From NCBI GenBank assembly GCA_010093605.1, contig MU004186.1, forward strand, positions 79,765 to 143,764: a stretch of DNA of 64,000 nt, in the 5' to 3' direction. The stretch comes from Lophium mytilinum (Eukaryota). This document shows, in pieces, positions 62,426 to 64,000 of the stretch. The notes below the pieces were generated by a model. The model saw only the letters and a list, made by a program, of their open reading frames with translations, was not told the DNA's origin and made no database searches. The first letter of the stretch is position 1; each line of letters opens with the position of its first letter. Made by a program: the position numbers and the translations under genes.

Positions 62426-63886
62426 CTATATACTACGCCGCTATTATCTTAAACTCTTTAATTAAGATAAAATAGTTTAAGGGATAGTAGAATAGGCACT
62501 CTATTAAGAAGAAATATATTAAGATTATAAAGAAGTTTATTAAGAAGTACTAGTAGAGTAGCTACTATAGTAATATATCTTATCTAGAACTAGAATCTAT
62601 ACCTAAGTCTACTCTAACGCCTACGCCTATATCTACGCCTACGCCTATATCTATACTAGCACCTTATATTTAATAGCCTTAAATATATATATCTATATAA
62701 AATTATAAGTATATTAAAACTATATATAGTAATAATAATAGTAATAAGCTAGTCTCTAATTTCTATAAAGAATACCTTAATACCTCTACTATACTAATTA
62801 TATAGGTATATAGCTAGAAGTTACTTAGTAAGAATAGTATATTAGAGCCTCTTTTTATAGTAGATAAGATAATTCTATAGTAGAATAGTAGATACTATTC
62901 TATACTAGACCTAGCCTAGTTTATACTTAATATTTTTATAGTGCCGCCGATATCTAATAACTATAAAAGGTTATTTAGTAGAGTATCTATTATACTAGAG
63001 AGATAATATTAATAGCTTAGAATAGATATACTTAAGGTAAATAAGTACCTAAGGTTAGCCTATAGGCCGGTACTAAAAAATATATTTAATAATAATATAG
63101 GCTATATATAGTTAGGTAGTATATTATATATATTACTAGCTATACTTAAAGTAATAGTAGTAGAATAACTATAGATATTAAAACGCGTAGAGGTATAGTA
63201 TAAGATAGAGAGTAATATTAATAAAAAAGAAGTAGAGAAAAAAGAGGCTATATTAAAAGCTATATTAAAAGAGGTAGTATATAGAGTAGCTAAGAATACT
63301 AAGTTTAATAATAATAACTTATTTATAATAGCTAATAATAACTAGAGAGAGCTATATAAAATAGAAAGGCTAATTAATAGCTATATAAATTAGAGAGTTA
63401 TTAAACCTTAAACTCTAGAATATCTTAGCGCTAAACTATTTTAGAAGGCTACTAACTATTTTAGGTAACCCTTAGCCCTATTATAGAGCTTCTAGAGCTC
63501 CTAGAGCTCTATAGAAATTGCTATAGATGGAGTGGATTTAAGGCAAAATCCACTCTAGTCCAGTCCAGTTCCTTTACTGCTTCTTAATTCTCTGCCTGCA
63601 GCGCGTACCGATAACGTACTCGCGACCGTCCTTTCCCGAGGGAAGGGAAGCATCTCGGATGTATGTACATGCAACGCGATGCGGCCAGGCGTTGCTAAAA
63701 TGTAGGTGCGCACGAATGCGAAGATGCGCTCATGTATGGAAAGTCATCGGATGATATAAATATGGAGTTTTGAATGGGGCAATTGGCGAACTAGGGCCGG
63801 CGGGGGGGGGCTGGCTGGAAGGGGTTTCCCTGCGTTAGCCTACCTAGACGTGGATCAATCACCTCAACAGAGGCGCGAGGATGATA

Positions 63887-63960
63887 CAGTAAACCCCCGT
63901 TATAGTGATACGGGTTTTTTCAAGGGGGTGTATCACTGTATAGAGAGTATCACTGTATCT
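63887..63960. mobile_element. Probable left end of a Tc1/mariner (pogo-like) element or MITE
   Basis: TA|CAGTAAACCCCCGTTATAGTGATAC resembles pogo-family TIRs. Subterminal GTATCACTGTAT occurs twice, inverted relative to ATAGTGATAC. The partner TIR is not in the window. Confidence 0.55.
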
Positions 63961-64000
63961 AATGTCACGTGCTGGAGATTTGTAAGCCAGACGCCTCCTA

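Larger units (their letters stand above)
50999..63579 (+). mobile_element. RIP-inactivated hAT DNA transposon with a nested Gypsy element
   Basis: TIRs CAGTGAAGGAACTGGACTGGA and (reverse complement) CAGTAAAGGAACTGGACTGGA. Perfect 8-bp TSD CTTCTTAA at 50991-50998 and 63580-63587. Transposase relics: KYYFLTNKELPI|YYAAIILNS across the insertion, and dimerisation-domain relic FIVPPISNNYKRLFS at about 62935-62980. Confidence 0.93.

Noticed and set aside
51000..63500. Mitochondrial insertion (NUMT) or alternative genetic code
   Set aside because: TpA excess with CpA/TpG loss, plus TIRs, LTRs, TSDs and relic RT/integrase/transposase motifs, explain it as RIP-mutated transposons.

Overview
This window is from a filamentous ascomycete (Pezizomycotina), judged by short GT-AG introns with CTRAY branch points and heavy RIP. 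It has three kinds of sequence. (1) Blocks of conserved genes: HMG-CoA lyase divergent from DPH1, a SnoaL/NTF2-like protein, NSRP1/DUF2040, a GFA/CENP-V protein, a secreted kievitone-hydratase-like protein, a 1521-aa helical protein, a 2OG-Fe(II) oxygenase divergent from ATG3, a divergent twinfilin-like protein, a TRI12-type MFS pump, TRM732/THADA and BolA3/AIM1. (2) A ~9-kb accessory island (about 10.9-19.9 kb) of decayed orphan genes and three small inverted-repeat elements, one a 986-bp hAT-type element with a perfect 8-bp TSD. (3) A 12.6-kb AT-rich block (50999-63579) that resolves into a RIP-destroyed hAT transposon (21-bp TIRs, TSD CTTCTTAA) with a full-length Ty3/Gypsy LTR retrotransposon (220-bp LTRs, TSD CTATA) inserted in its transposase ORF; a probable pogo-like TIR follows near the window end. 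The most unusual observations are a membrane-anchored 12-Cys protein gene apparently broken by a copy of its neighbour's 5' end, a bacterial-looking SnoaL gene, and the orphan-gene island. All family calls are motif recognition from memory; no database searches were run, and I cannot demonstrate a new system from sequence alone.
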